A DNA stretch of 64,000 bases, from assembly GCA_964016885.1 (NCBI GenBank), contig OZ024740.1, forward strand, positions 191,766,001 to 191,830,000, written 5' to 3'. Position 1 is the first letter of the stretch; every line of letters begins with the position of its first letter. The translations under genes were made by a program, and so were the position numbers. A model generated the notes under the pieces. The model did not search any database. It saw only the letters and a list, made by a program, of their open reading frames with translations, and was not told the DNA's origin. Below are positions 42,230-58,000 of this stretch, in pieces. Origin of the DNA: Eledone cirrhosa. Taxonomy: Eukaryota.

Positions 42230-45200
42230 AAAAAGAACACAAGAGCGTCTACAACATCAAAAGATTTTTATTGGCTTGCAATGTTTCTTCCTTACGTAAC
42301 CGTAGGATTCGTCAGAGCTATAAAAGGGGTTTGATTGGTGTTATGGACTCTACCAACCGAACATTCCAGAACAAAGAGTAAAGAGAGTAAAGAGCAAACG
42401 TAGGGGACGATAACTCTAATTTTGGTGCGGGAGGGTGTGGTGTGGGTCCTTGTTTACTAGCTGCGGTCATATTCATTCCCGGGAGTCGGGTGGTTATCTG
42501 AACCATAGATGGGGTGGCGTCGATAGTATGGTGCAGAGGGTGCGCAGAGGCTACACAAACACAAAGGGCATACAATATATATATATATATATAGCGGAGG
42601 AGAAAGTACATGAGGTAATTAGAAATGGAAAAAGAGTAATAATAATAATCTATAATTAATAGTGTATAATGAGGCATGGGGAAGATTACACTATAATAAG
42701 GTATAAAAGTAAGAATAAGGTAAAATATAAAGGAGGATAAAAGTGGAAAAAATAAAGATAAAAAAATAATAAAGATAAAAAAATATATAGAGAATATATA
42801 AAGAAATATAAGCGAATATTTGGAGGGGAAAACACAATGTAAATAAACCGATTTTTTCAAATAATAATAAAAATATAATAATTATGGGGGGAGAAAACGG
42901 GATAGAGAAATATGATCAAGTGTGATTAGTTGAGAGAATATAAGATGATAATAGTTATGTCAAGTTTATACATCTTAATAATAAATAATCTGTGTATCAG
43001 AGTTGCAGAACCTTCAATTCACTTACGGGTTCAAGCCACGTGGCATGGTCCATTGTTTATCTGTGCGGTCATGGGCGTTTGTTTTTGACACCACAGCAGA
43101 TGCACAAGTTCGTAAATTCCAATGCAGATAGAAATCTATTTTTGCTCACCCGGACATTGACGGAGGATCCAATATTCCTAGTTCAATATGTGTTTGGTGT
43201 TATTTTGGTCGCACAAATCAATCACTTGGTTCAATATTATGGAGTATGGTTTTCTTGGTCTTCGTAACAGTGTCAGTGGTTGTATATCTGGAAATCACAA
43301 GGATCACACTACTCCGGTTTGTTGTGATTATCGGTCATCCAGCTATGTTGTTGGTGGTTGGATTCCATTCTATTCGCCCGAACGTTGAACTTTGGTGTCG
43401 ATAGGACATTAACGAGGCAGGGTGAGATCGCATCTGTGGTACAAAACGGTACGCAAGGAAATTCTTCGTCTTCGTTTCATCCGGGTCCAGCAGTCACGTG
43501 CAAGAACCGCTACGTAGTAATTGTGGGGTTAATCGGTCAAGTCAGCAACTGACCAAAAATTCAGGCAGGCATGACAGGCACATTTAGGTCTGCAGCTTCT
43601 TTATGTGTACGTGTGTCCGACACACACAGACACATATTTATTTGTATTTCAACTAAAAAAACTCAATTGATTCACCCACTGGTACTACAATCGGTCAAGA
43701 CAGCAACTGGCCGACAGTTCCCTCAGGAATTCAGACAGGCATGACAGGTATATTTAGGTCAGCAGCTTCTTTATGTGTACGTGCGTCCGATACACACAGG
43801 CACATATCCATGTGTATTTCAACTCAAACAATTCAGTTGATTCCCCTATTGATATTATATCTGTGTTGCTCGGATATGCATGCTGTGGTGTTCTGGTCGT
43901 GCATAGCATTCACTGTATTTTGCCATTACCTAGGAATGTGATGTTATGGTCATCAATAGTCCGGCAAGCGCATTTCGCTCTTATATTGCGGAGAATGGTG
44001 TTCTGGTCCTCAGTAAACATTTGGGTCAGCAGGAGGGGTGGTGGTTCTCAGTTTCAACTTCGACAATACATATGTGTTACTCCTCATATCGTGCTCCTCT
44101 CAGAGAAGAGTATTATAGGAGGAATTCGTGCCACACACCACATATAGAGAGAATTCCTACAGAAAAGTATACATACATATACACATACATACACACATCA
44201 TACACTTACACATACACACTCATACGCATACATACATATATTCACATACATGTCACATATACACATACACACAATATAATACGCATGCATACGATATTCA
44301 TATATATATATACATACAATATACATGAATACAATGCACGCACACCCACACGTATGTCAGCGTGTGTGTGCGTGTGAGAGATAAAAGGAGAATACGCACA
44401 CACACGCAAAAACACCAACCTAGTAGGGGACTGTACCACCCTTAGGGTACCTATCTATCTGGGTTACGGGTTGAGGGGAAAGGGGGGAAGCTATAGTCTA
44501 GATGGGGGTTGCGTGATATATGTTACGTCTATGTGCTAGGTTTAAAATAGAAGAAGGAACTCAGGATTTTGTGTTGGCAAGAGGAGAACATTTCCGATTT
44601 CCTGTTAAGCAGGTTCAGTTTAGAGTGTATTATGGCATGGCATTCCAGTAAACACAGGTCACAACTTCCGCTCTGCGGTCGGTATGGCGTGGATCTAGCA
44701 AGCTTCCTCCAAAAAAGTTTGTATGCGGTACTATTATTTTTTAAGAAGGAGATGTATCCCGCCAGTGAGGTGGCATTCTTATGTCTATCGTGTCTAAATG
44801 TGTACATATGCGCGTTAAATCTAGTTTTAAATGTATTGGACGTTGCTCCTATATATGTTTTGGTAGAGTTGTGTGTGGTTACGTCACATGCATATACTAT
44901 GTTTTTCATGAGGCAATCCACCCTTAGGGGACAGTTACTACTCCGCCTACAATTGCAACTGCGGGTTCGATTAATTAGCTTACCTCCTGGAGTTTGGTTA
45001 CTAGCATTATCACTAGGTGCCTCTATATCATTAGATGGCTCATTGATGCTATTAGGTTGCCCATTTTCCAGTGTAGTCGGTTGCTGGTGGTTAACTGCCA
45101 TTTTAATTGCTTCGAAGCCTTCCTTAGTTTTCCTAATGTTCCTGCGTGCTAGGTGTGATGCGAGGTTAGGTGTGGTCGAATAGGATAATTTAATTACGTT

Positions 45201-46438
45201 TTTGTTAATTATGTTGCGATATCTATTGCCTGGTGGGAAGTTTTTTTTCCAATAATGAGAAGAATACTCTGGGGAGGTTAGTGAGGACCTCAGAGTTAAA
45301 AGGTGGGTTAAAATACATGTTTTTCCTTCTTCTATTTTTCTTATCTGTGGGGTGAGTCTCGCTACTGTGCGTACTATTTTGTAGGGTTCCGTTATTAACG
45401 TTAGTGGCGTTGTCTGTTTTGCTTAAGCCCGGATGGTTTATATTCATGGCGTGATCATTTACTGTTTTAGAGTTGTGGTGGGGGACTCTAGTATTGTCTT
45501 TACGTGGTTTACATTTAGCTAGGTTACCGCCATTAGGGTTCTTACTATTATTCTTGCCTCTAAGTTAATTAGGCTTTGTGGCCATACTATGTGTGATTAT
45601 GTTGGTAGGTTTCACACTCAAGGTTTGAGAGTACTTATGTATATATGATAATCTACTCCCGTAACCAGATTCTGCTAGGGCCTTGTCATAATACTCTGCA
45701 TTGGAGTTGAAGATACTCTCATTACAGGAGAGTCTGCTAATTTTATTAGAGACCCCCTTGGGAATAGCGTTTAGGACTGATTTGGGGTGGTTAGAGCTGG
45801 CGTTTACATATGTTAGTCTATCATTAGGTTTATGGTAGGGTGCACATGTTTTACTTTCTAGGTGAAGGGTGGCGTCTAGGAAGTTTACTGTTTTATTATG
45901 TGCATCTATGGTAATACTTAGATTAAAGTTTTTAAAGAACCTACGTAATTGTTTCCTAGTTCTTTCTATATTGCACTTTTTATACTCGAGAGTGAGGAGG
46001 GCGTCATCACGGTATAAGCCGCCCTTCAAGTGTGGTAATGTCTCATGTAACTCCTTTAAGAGGTACAATCCTACCAGGTCCGTTACTTGTGCAGAGTCAC
46101 TAGATCCCATTGTGATGTCGAAGTTACTGGGCGTATTCTTGCGGGTCCACAATTTATCCTCAAATGTGATTATCGTTTTCCGGGCCGCAAGAATGACATC
46201 AATTTGAGACATAGTGAGGTCACGTTTCTGCATGGCCATGATTAGGGCCTTATTAAGGAGTATGGGGGAGATTGAGGTGTAGTACGCATCGATGTCGAAT
46301 TGTATAAATTTAAGGGATTTATGGTTGCTAAGGCTTGAGAACCATTTCAAAACCTCTTCCGTATTCTCCCATAGCTCTAGATATATTTTCCTCCTGATTG
46401 TGGGTATAACGCCGTCTAAAATAGTATTACTGATGGTA

Positions 46439-46440
<2 letters not shown>
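42230..46440 (-). mobile_element. Largest PLE: RT, thumb, linker and GIY-YIG (46430-44529), ~2.3-kb downstream region, terminal degenerate HHR (42274-42318)
   Basis: See the pseudogene entry. HHR on the minus strand: GCT-CTGACGA-ATCCTACG-GTTA-CGTAAGGAA-GAAA-CATTG-CA-AGC, then CAATAAA. Bounded by (TA)n. Confidence 0.88.
44529..46430 (-). pseudogene. PLE reverse transcriptase-GIY-YIG polyprotein, 5'-truncated, one premature stop (45565-45567) and one +1 frameshift (~45245)
   Basis: FIQFDIDAYYTSI; ITMGSSDSAQVTDLVGLYLL; GLYRDDAL; VNFLDATL; YHKPND..SSNHP; YFNPPF; CNCRRSSNCPL..IVY..YIGATSNTFKTRFNAH..CDLCLLE..LNRKSE. Confidence 0.95.
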
Positions 46441-46470
<30 letters not shown>

Positions 46471-46603
46471 GAGAGGTTTTTTTTTTACAAAATGAAAAAT
46501 AACCGAGGTGTCCTACACGAGTGGAAGTATAAAGAAAAAGAGATGAAATCGAAAATGCAACTGAAGTCTTATTTTTTTAAAAAATATATATATTTATTTG
46601 GTT

Positions 46604-46641
46604 CCTTTACCGGTTTCGCAGTTCTTCTGCTTTTCAAAAGG
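46604..46641 (-). ncRNA. Minimal type I hammerhead, U3-A8 core variant
   Basis: CCTT-TTGAAAA-GCAG-AAGAA-CTGC-GAAA-CCGG-TA-AAGG; perfect stems I and II, ACCGGT palindrome, GUA. Confidence 0.82.
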
Positions 46642-46672
46642 TGAGTTGAGATGGAGGGCCTGTGGTTTGTCT

Positions 46673-46785
<113 letters not shown>

Positions 46786-46893
46786 ATATATATATAAATA
46801 TACATGCATGTGTGTGTGAGCATTCTTTGTACGCATTTGCATAATGCAGTAAGTCTGTGGTTTTTCTCATATATATATATATATATATGTATG

Positions 46894-46929
<36 letters not shown>

Positions 46930-47293
46930 TGTATGTATATATATATATATATATATATAAATATACATGCATGTGTGTGTGAGCATTCTTTGTACGCATT
47001 TGCATAATGCAGTAAATCTTCTATACAACTTTACGCCATAACTTAATACATTCTCCCTTTCTATATTACAAACCACCACATAATACTATATATCTGTTTT
47101 AGCCCACAAATACTAATATTTGTAGTACTGCAAATGTATACCTTGGAGTTATTTCCCTTTGTTATAATATATTTTGACCTTTCACTGTATCTTAAAATCT
47201 CGAATAAGCGACTGAAAATTTAGTCAAAATGTTGATACTTCATACATTATAGAAATATGGTCAATATTGGACCTGTGCACACACACACACACT

Positions 47294-47378
<85 letters not shown>

Positions 47379-47471
47379 GTATGTATATATACATATATTA
47401 TAGAAACATGGTCAATATTGGACCTGTGCACACAGACACACGTACACACACACACACACACACAGACGCAC

Positions 47472-47502
<31 letters not shown>

Positions 47503-47551
47503 TTATAACAAATAAACAAAGAAGCCTTCAATACATCAAAAGTCTTTATTA

Positions 47552-47592
47552 GCTGACAGTGTTTCGTCCCATTAATAGGGACTCATCAGAGC
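47552..47592 (-). ncRNA. Canonical minimal type I hammerhead
   Basis: GCT-CTGATGA-GTCCC-TATTAAT-GGGAC-GAAA-CACTG-TC-AGC, then TAATAAA. Lies at the 3' end of repeat 47505-47915, whose upstream part recurs inverted at 51480-51755. Confidence 0.9.
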
Positions 47593-47906
47593 AAGTAAAG
47601 AGACAAGAAGTATTAACGGCCGGAACAAACCAAAACTCAGAAGAACAGGGAATTTATATCTATGAAAACTTAGGAAAGACATCATGGAAATATATGCTAA
47701 AGCTAAAAGTGTGCATTTGCAAATATAGACAGGGCAAGGGAGCGAGTAATATGTTAAACCCGCGTTGAAAGTACAGTATAAGACAAATACATGAAACACA
47801 ACATGGTAATACAATGTGAGAATTATAATATGATATAGAATACAATATAGAATACAATATAATGGATAATGAATACAATATAATGGATAATAGGAAATAA
47901 AAAAAG

Positions 47907-47948
<42 letters not shown>

Positions 47949-48631
47949 ATATATATATACACATTTACACATATATATATATCCATATATATACACATTT
48001 CACCGTACCTTTCAAACATTAATGATTTTCGATAAGGTGTGTTAGCTACTTAAAACAACCTTGAAAAAGAACTAACTCTTTTACATCGCTAAATAGACCA
48101 GATAGACCAGGTGCTCATGTTTACTTCGCTAGTTAGCTGTTAGTCACTGAACAACACAGGATGGGTGGATATCTTCAATGAATGGGATTCTAACGAAGCA
48201 ACGTTCATTTCTAGTACTTCAACAATGACACTGAATAAACTGTTGAATGCATTTGAATATAGTTTCTTTTCTATGTCTATGTGTCTGGGCGTTTTATATT
48301 TTTCGACTGTAGAGCTAAAAGAATGTGAAAATCATAACAAGGCATTCACAAACTCCCATGCACAGACATTAACTTTATATTACACTCAGTCAAATAGACA
48401 CCCATATGTATTTATATGGTGTATGTGTACATAGTATGAACATAGACCCATACGCCAAAATACATCAAACACTCATACATATAAACGAATACATACACAC
48501 ACACATACACACATATATTTATATATGAATGCTGTCCGTAATTTCCGACGACTATTGTTTCAGCTATTTGAACCACGGAACATACTGCTCATTAAATTTA
48601 AGTGTGTGCATTTCCCCTCATCTCTCCCTCT

Positions 48632-48675
<44 letters not shown>

Positions 48676-48960
48676 TCTCACACACACACACACACATTTA
48701 TATATGGGTGTGGGTGTATGTGTGGGTGTAAGCATGTCCATACACATACATACGCACACACTAATATGTAAGTAAACTTAAACGAGATTTGTTGTTTATC
48801 ATAATAAAATAACGTGTATCCTTAATGTCGGTCCCAATGAGATTTAATGTGACACGATTTGGAATTACAGCTGAGTGGACTGGAGCCGCTTGAAAGAAAA
48901 CCTAACGCACACCACACCTTGACGACTTACCCACGCGCCTTTATTAATACACACACACAG

Positions 48961-49013
<53 letters not shown>

Positions 49014-49071
49014 TCAATGAGAGAGAAAGAGATAGAGAGAAGAGGGACAGAGAGAAATCAGAGAGAGAGAG

Positions 49072-49792
49072 ATAAACAATACCAAAAACAATGGAATAAT
49101 ATACTGACATTAAGAAATATATAAAACTACATCATACGTATCATTTAAGGTCAACAAATTGTATATAAAGTTTTTCACAGGGTAAGAAATAATATCGAAT
49201 AAAAATAAAGTATGGTGAAAAAATATATATAAATATATATAATATTGACAATAAATATACAGAGGTATAGGCAGTTCAAATTCATAAAACAGTACCTAAA
49301 TATCGGACATATATTTATAGTTCAATTACATAAAAATAATATGACATATTAATGTTAATATTACAATAGCAGACACAGAGAATCAATGGAATATGCTTAA
49401 GACATATTTACGCGATGAACACTAGGAGACATATTATGAGACAATTATTATTTTTATGTAATTGAATTATATATATATATACATATAAATATATATAAAT
49501 TAGAATTATAAATATATATACATATTATTTTTATGTAATTGAATTATAAATATATGTCCGATATTGAGGTACTGTTTTATGAATTTGAACTGCCTATACC
49601 TCTGTATATTTATTGTCAATATTATATATATTTATATATATTTTTTCACCATACTTTATTTTTATTTGATATTTTTTCTTACCCTGTGAAAAACTTTATA
49701 TACAATTTGTTGACCTTAAATGATACGTATGATGGAGTTTTATATATTTCTTAATGTCAGTATATTATTCCATTGTTTTTGGTATTGTTTAT
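49072..49792. repeat. ~270-bp-arm inverted repeat (49072-49343 / 49521-49792)
   Basis: reverse-complement arms with a few mismatches; no HHR seen. Confidence 0.85.
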
Positions 49793-49922
49793 ACACACCG
49801 TCAGGGTGGTTATTCTATTATAATGATTATTATATTATAACGAGTATATTTATATTTAAATATTTAAATAAGTGTTAGTATGTGTCTGTGTAAATGTGTA
49901 TATATATATGGATATATATATA

Positions 49923-51464
<1,542 letters not shown>

Positions 51465-52348
51465 ATATATATATATTTATATATAAAGCTTTTTATTTCT
51501 TATTATCCATTATATTGTATTCTATATTGTATTCTATATCATATTATAATTCTCACATCGTATTACCATATTGTGTTTCATGTGTTTGTCTTATACTGTA
51601 CTTTCAACGTGGGTTTAACATATTACTCGCTCCCTTGCCCTACAGTCTATATTTGCAAATGCACACTTTTAGCTTTAGCATATATTTCCATGATATCTTT
51701 CCTAAGTTTTTATAGAAATAAATTCCCTGTTCTTCTGAGTTTGGCTTGTTCAGCTGACCGGAATTTTATGATAAATTGAAGTCAAACAAACATATGTTTT
51801 TATTGGCGACATTACCTTCTCAAAATATGAAAATATCTGTTTCAACACAAGTTTTCAGATAAGAAATCTTGGAAAACAAATTTAAAAACGAATTATATAC
51901 ATATATGTACATATATATACACGCACACCACACCCACACACACATACACCACCACCCCACACACACACAAACATATATATATATATAGTAGAGAACAAAT
52001 CTGTTGTTATATTTAGCTGCTATTTTTAGTGGCGAGGTAGAAAATGCGTATATGTTTACTTCCGCTTCTACTATGGGCTGGTTCATGCATAAGTCAAATT
52101 TATGTCCCCATTCGATCCTGTGCTAGCTGGCAGATGGCAATATATTTTGCCGTTCCTGGGATTGTTTGTCATAGGAAAGGAAAATGCTTTCTGATTATCT
52201 AAACTTTTCCATTGGAAGTTCCTAGGGTTCTCCAATATTTTGTGAAGTGAAACTGTCGGTAAAAGCAATTGGAATAGGTATATATTTAAATTATATTTTT
52301 TTATTTATCTAAAAGAATTGTTTCAATCTTGCCAGCTCAGCTTATCTC

Positions 52349-52388
<40 letters not shown>

Positions 52389-52457
52389 GATATATACGAT
52401 ATATATACGATATATGATATATATATATATACGATATATATATATACGATATATATA

Positions 52458-52504
<47 letters not shown>

Positions 52505-52675
52505 CAATATCGGAGAAAGCTTTTTAGCGATACTCCGGCCAAATTCCAACTCACTCAACAAACATTAGGAAATAAGTGATTATATTCCCAATTATGCGTT
52601 CGGGGTGCTAACTAAAAGTATTGCATGGAAAATTGGCTGTATTATTTCATATGAGACATATCGAATATATCTCTT

Positions 52676-52802
52676 CCCAGACGGACGTCTCGTTTCATTA
52701 TAGGATTCCTACAATTTGGGTTAAATTATACCAATTTATGTAGGAGCTTGTATACCATCAATAGATATATATTCAATTGGGCTCCTATAATTCATCAGTG
52801 GG
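52676..52802 (-). ncRNA. Type I hammerhead with a large structured stem II insertion
   Basis: CCCA-CTGATGA-ATTATAGGA...(contains TCCTACA/TGTAGGA hairpin)...TCCTATAAT-GAAA-CG-AGACGTC-CG-TC-TGGG. Confidence 0.8.
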
Positions 52803-53094
52803 TGCCCCAATAATACTAATATTGATAATCTAACCAACATCAGTATTTAGCGATAATCATCATCTGTACCTGAGGTATATGTCAGGTTGCCAGTCCAGCA
52901 GTTCTAAAGAAATGCTCAAACTGAATCAAAAATGAGGAAGTAAATTACCGCCAAAAAAACAATACATGCGCATGACAATGAACTCTAAAAGGAATTCAGG
53001 CCACGTACTTAGAACTCAATTGGAAATTGAAACAATATCTATGTGTGTACAGTATTTGATGACACACACATATTATCTCGGGCAGAAAAGAAAA

Positions 53095-53158
<64 letters not shown>

Positions 53159-53165
53159 GCATATT

Positions 53166-53246
<81 letters not shown>

Positions 53247-53408
53247 TTAGGACACTATTTATGGGTATGTATATAATAAAACCTTTTATAGTTATACATA
53301 TTTTAAACCCTAAACAGTGAAATACAGTAATTTATTACTACCTTATTACCAGTAAGATAAATAGCTCAATGTAATAACATCAGTTGTTCTACAGAGCAGT
53401 TATATACG

Positions 53409-54492
53409 AATTACATGAATCAAAGTTCGGTTCAAATCATTTATTCGCTTACAATTGTTTCTTCCAAACCGAGGTTTGGAGTTTTCGGACCAATTTTTCA
53501 ATGATTGTTTACATACATAACCTCCTTCTCAACACAAGACACATAGAGAAACATATGTATATATTGATGCACAGTGGGTTGACATCCGTATAATATTTAA
53601 GCATGGCAGTTTACATTCAAAGATTAAAGTCATATTAAAAGAAAATTACAACAAAATTAAAGTTATAATCCCACATTGGCAGTTTACGAAGAAGATGCAG
53701 GAGGATAGTTAGAAGAAGTTAGTTACACGTGGGTCATGCACGTGTGTCCTAGTTATATAAGATTATAGTGCTGTAAGTTGTTATATGGAATATAAGCAAT
53801 TTAAGCGGGCAATCAAGAGTATTATGGGGGTTGTATAGTATTTTATATGTATGATATAGAAGCTTGTGTGCAGAGAAATATTTAAGAATCAGACCCAATT
53901 CTGCAAGCATCCAATATTGAATTATCGAAGATTATGTGAATCTATATATTACGTTTCAAGGATTGTGAAAATGGTGGGTTATACGAAAAACCATAACACT
54001 GTTTTGCTTCTCATTCTTAAATATTTCTTAGCACACAAGCTTCTATATAATACATATAAAATACTATACAACCCCCATAATACTCTTGATTGCACGCTTA
54101 AAGTGTTTATATTCCATATAACACCTTACCGCACTATAATATTATATAAATGGGACACACGTGCATGCCCCACGTGTAACTAACTTCTTCTAACTATCCT
54201 CCTGCATCTTCTTCGTAAACTGCCAATGTTGTATTATAACTTTAATTTTGTTGTAATTTTCTTTTAATATGACTTTAATCTTTGAATGTAAACTGCCATG
54301 CTTAAATATTATAATAGATGTCAACCCACTGTGCATCAATATATACATATGTTTCTCTATGTCTCTTGTGTTGAAAAAAGGAGGTCATGTATGTAAACAA
54401 TCACTGAAAAATTGGTCCGAAGACTCCAAACCTCGGTTTGGAAGAAACAATTGTAAGCGAATAATGATTTGAACAGAACTTTGATTCATGTA

Positions 54493-54495
<3 letters not shown>
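53409..54495. repeat. ~485-bp-arm inverted repeat with degenerate HHRs (53445-53493 -, 54412-54460 +)
   Basis: Arms 53409-53892 and 54008-54495. CCGAAGA-CTCCAAACC-TC-GGTTTGGAA-GAAA-CAATTG-TA-AGCG (U4 to C, weak stem I). Confidence 0.85.
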
Positions 54496-54581
<86 letters not shown>

Positions 54582-54716
54582 AGAATCCACGAGTCCGATG
54601 AGTTATAGATACTAGAGATGTGTGCGATCAATCGGGACCATACATTGAGCTCATATGTCGCATAACGCGTGATGGATGTAAATAAATATTAGGATGATGT
54701 ATTGATATTTCGTTTC

Positions 54717-54882
54717 TAAGGCGGACACCATTCATTCCAGCATAGTTCCGTCCCTTTATGATCTGAGTTCAAATCCCATCAAGGCTAACTTTGCCTTTCA
54801 TCATTACGGGGTCGATAACATAAAGTACCAGTAATGCACTGGAATAGTTGCTGGTCTGTGCCAGAAAGTAGAATCAATTATT
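54717..54882 (+). mobile_element. SINE with internal 5' deletion
   Basis: GAGTTCAAATCCC..CTTTGCCTTTCATC..GGGTCGATAA..AAGTACCAG. Confidence 0.8.
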
Positions 54883-55027
54883 ACTAATGTTATTAACAAT
54901 ATACTACTTCATGATTATAATGTGATAACCAAGCGTAGAATACCACATGGTCAACCGATCCCATTTTAGCATTGAGATGTCAGACTGGTGAACCTATAGT
55001 AATTAAACGTTACCCAACAATATAGTA

Positions 55028-55080
<53 letters not shown>

Positions 55081-58000
55081 TTCATTATGATCTGCTGAAG
55101 AAAATATGACTTAGTGTACATAATTGCAAAGCCATAAACACATATATAGCATTTTGATTCTTTTTATAACTATCTAAATATATTAGAATCTTATTATTAT
55201 CTGTATTTGTGTTTTAAGCAGGTCGTGGTGAAGTATCACTACTCTCTTATTGGTTCGTTGTCTCTTGCTGACAATCTAAGAAAAAAACAGAATCTAACAC
55301 AGAATGTTAAATATTGTGGCCAACATACTCTTCACAGTCTAGTTGATTGTTTGAAAATCCATTCCTCTGAAAAAAGTGTAAGTAAAGTCTTTCTTATTTC
55401 ATTATATTGAATATCTTTCCTTCAAATTTCACGAAGTGTAAACATTATTTTTATTAGAACAGTATCCACTGATATATTTGTCATATTCGTGTATTAAAGT
55501 AATTGACAGCAAATCAACACATTCTTATTCATTGTAATTGTATAGTAAAAGGTTAAATCGGGCTCTACTCAATCTAATCAGGTATGGAATTAAAGGCAAT
55601 AATAATGATATAATCCGTTATTTAATAATTACTTGTCACCGTTAGAGATACGTATTCTTGTTTCATTTCTTCCTTGTGTTTATGAAATTATTGCATGAGG
55701 TTATATGATGATACAAATAGGGTTACGTACATAATTATCAACTAATAAGATTTTGAAATGCGAGTCCTTAGTGTCAAATAAATATTCAGAGTGCTAGCAA
55801 AGTCAATTAATATGTAGTTTGCAGTTTACATGTACTGTGTTATCTTAATCTCAATTCGTATCTATAAGTGGTAATTTGACAAAGCATCCATTAAGATGCA
55901 TTCATAGAGCCTTCACATACTGATCTTTCTTAAATGCCTAAAGGCAATATTATCATAACTACCGCACAATAGCAATCAAACACATTGCCTGATGAATGGG
56001 ATAGCAATAATTATTGAAATGAACTTCCTAGACTTAATATTTTCTTTACAATTCAATCTTTCTTTCGGTCACGAATATCTGATATTGATATCGTTAACTT
56101 TTGGGGTTTCGGATAGCTATATAAATAGGCTACGAGAGTATCAGCTATAAAAGCAATGCAGGGTTTACAAAAGAATATGGTATTTTATCTCAATATGCAG
56201 GAGTCACTGATTCGTAAATCTCTATATAAATACGCTACAGGGATATACTAGGCACTTTCAGATCATTAGCTGTATAACAAGCATTAGAGAGCCATAGACA
56301 TGTTTATGTACATAAACAGATTAATCCTAATTCGTTTCACTTTTATTTAATGTAAACAACTTACATGATGGACAGATGTAATATAGCGATCAAATTTCTC
56401 AGAAATGATTTACATTTCCTGAAATATTTACATTTTTTAGTATGTTTAAGGTACATATACTTTTGGATTTCCCCTGACACTAGTCAGTATATAATATAAG
56501 TAGTAACAATTTACATAATACATTTTAGTTTTACATAATTAGATATTGTAAATATGGCCCAGGCTTGTCACCGTGTCAAATAATGTTGTTCTGACACCGA
56601 TTATAATATATCATGTGCCATAATCTAAGAAAACCAATGTACACAGAAAGTGTGCAGATAGACATCGATTATGCCTACAAGTTTCTATATTCTAGAATAA
56701 ATAAGTATATGTTTCTGTAAAGAGAGGAAATACAAGAGAAAACTCAACAATTCGACGAATATAGATCGAGAAATGTTCTTTAAGACTAAATATTTCTAGT
56801 CAAAACATTTGCCTTCAAACTTTTGAATTTAGTGCATCGACTTGATTACAGTCTAATTATTCGGTCTATTAAATCTAATGAAACTATAGTTATACGTTAA
56901 CAAATAGCTAGTGTTTCGTTTCATTTCCTAAAATCAGCTTAAGACGATAGTTACGTAAATATTATTTTTCTGTAAAACACAATCTGCGTTATTCATCTTT
57001 AGGTAATTTTATGTTATACAACTACAACGACCACTCACGTGATAATGACACTCAGTCGAGACAGTATTAGGAAAGGTGCGAGAGTAAATTTATCATGCAA
57101 CGGAAGCTATGCCTGATTAAGTTAAATGTAAAAAATAGACAATAATTATTGCACCTTATTACTGGGACATATGTATAAAAAACAAAGCAGCATTAGAAAC
57201 ATATTTCATGGAACATTCTTATGTATTATTGAATTATAGGGACCTCAATATTTAATTTAAAATGAATAACAAAGCATACGTACAAAGATGTAAACCAACA
57301 ACTGACAATTCATCATTACCAGCGTTGTTCATGCCAATAGTCATTCTACACCTTAGGATATGGGCAAAAGATAATTTCTTAACAACAGATGTTACAATTC
57401 AGTAAACAGTAAACATTTTTTACAATGACTTTATCTCTTAAATATTAACTGTTTGCAATTGTATCGCGCTCTAAAGTTGTATTTCCGACACAGAATATAC
57501 TCGGGAATGAGCAGTCTATTAAAAAAGATTACCCTTGTTTGAGTCTGCTGTGTATAATTCAAGCAAACGTATGGCCCATTTTTCCGTGGGGGTTTCACTC
57601 TCCTTGTATTTGCAGCACATTTCTATCCTCTCGATCACCAACTATTTGTGCAATCGATATTTTTCCATTTTCAGAACATTTTGTACACTTATTTCAATCG
57701 TTTTCTTTAGGAGCAAGTTTGCATTATATTTTCCATCGATATCGATATTCTATATCGTAAATAAAGTACTATTTAACTCACCTGAAATAGAACCGAAACC
57801 TTCTTTAATGAAATTTGTAGATGTGCCAGAAATATTCTTCATATGTTCCTGCATCAAAACCTATTTTGTTATAAATGAGGGACATGTTGCATGATGCCTG
57901 AAATGGTAAAATATACATCATATACTGAAATAAGAATGGATTAACACATCAGCTATGCCTTGGATTCTATGTCTTCTTGATTGGGGCTAGTCAATATTGA

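Noticed and set aside
44569-46207. 204-aa and 112-aa + strand ORFs
   Set aside because: Antisense shadows of the PLE ORF
49072-49792. Inverted repeat as a MITE or HHR carrier
   Set aside because: No target-site duplication or ribozyme core found; polarity unknown, so excluded from the polarity tally
55091-55140. CTGAAGA-AAATATG..CATAATT-GCAAA
   Set aside because: GAAA box and cleavage triplet absent; at best a relic
55985-56030. CTGATGA...GAAA
   Set aside because: No stem I or stem II pairing
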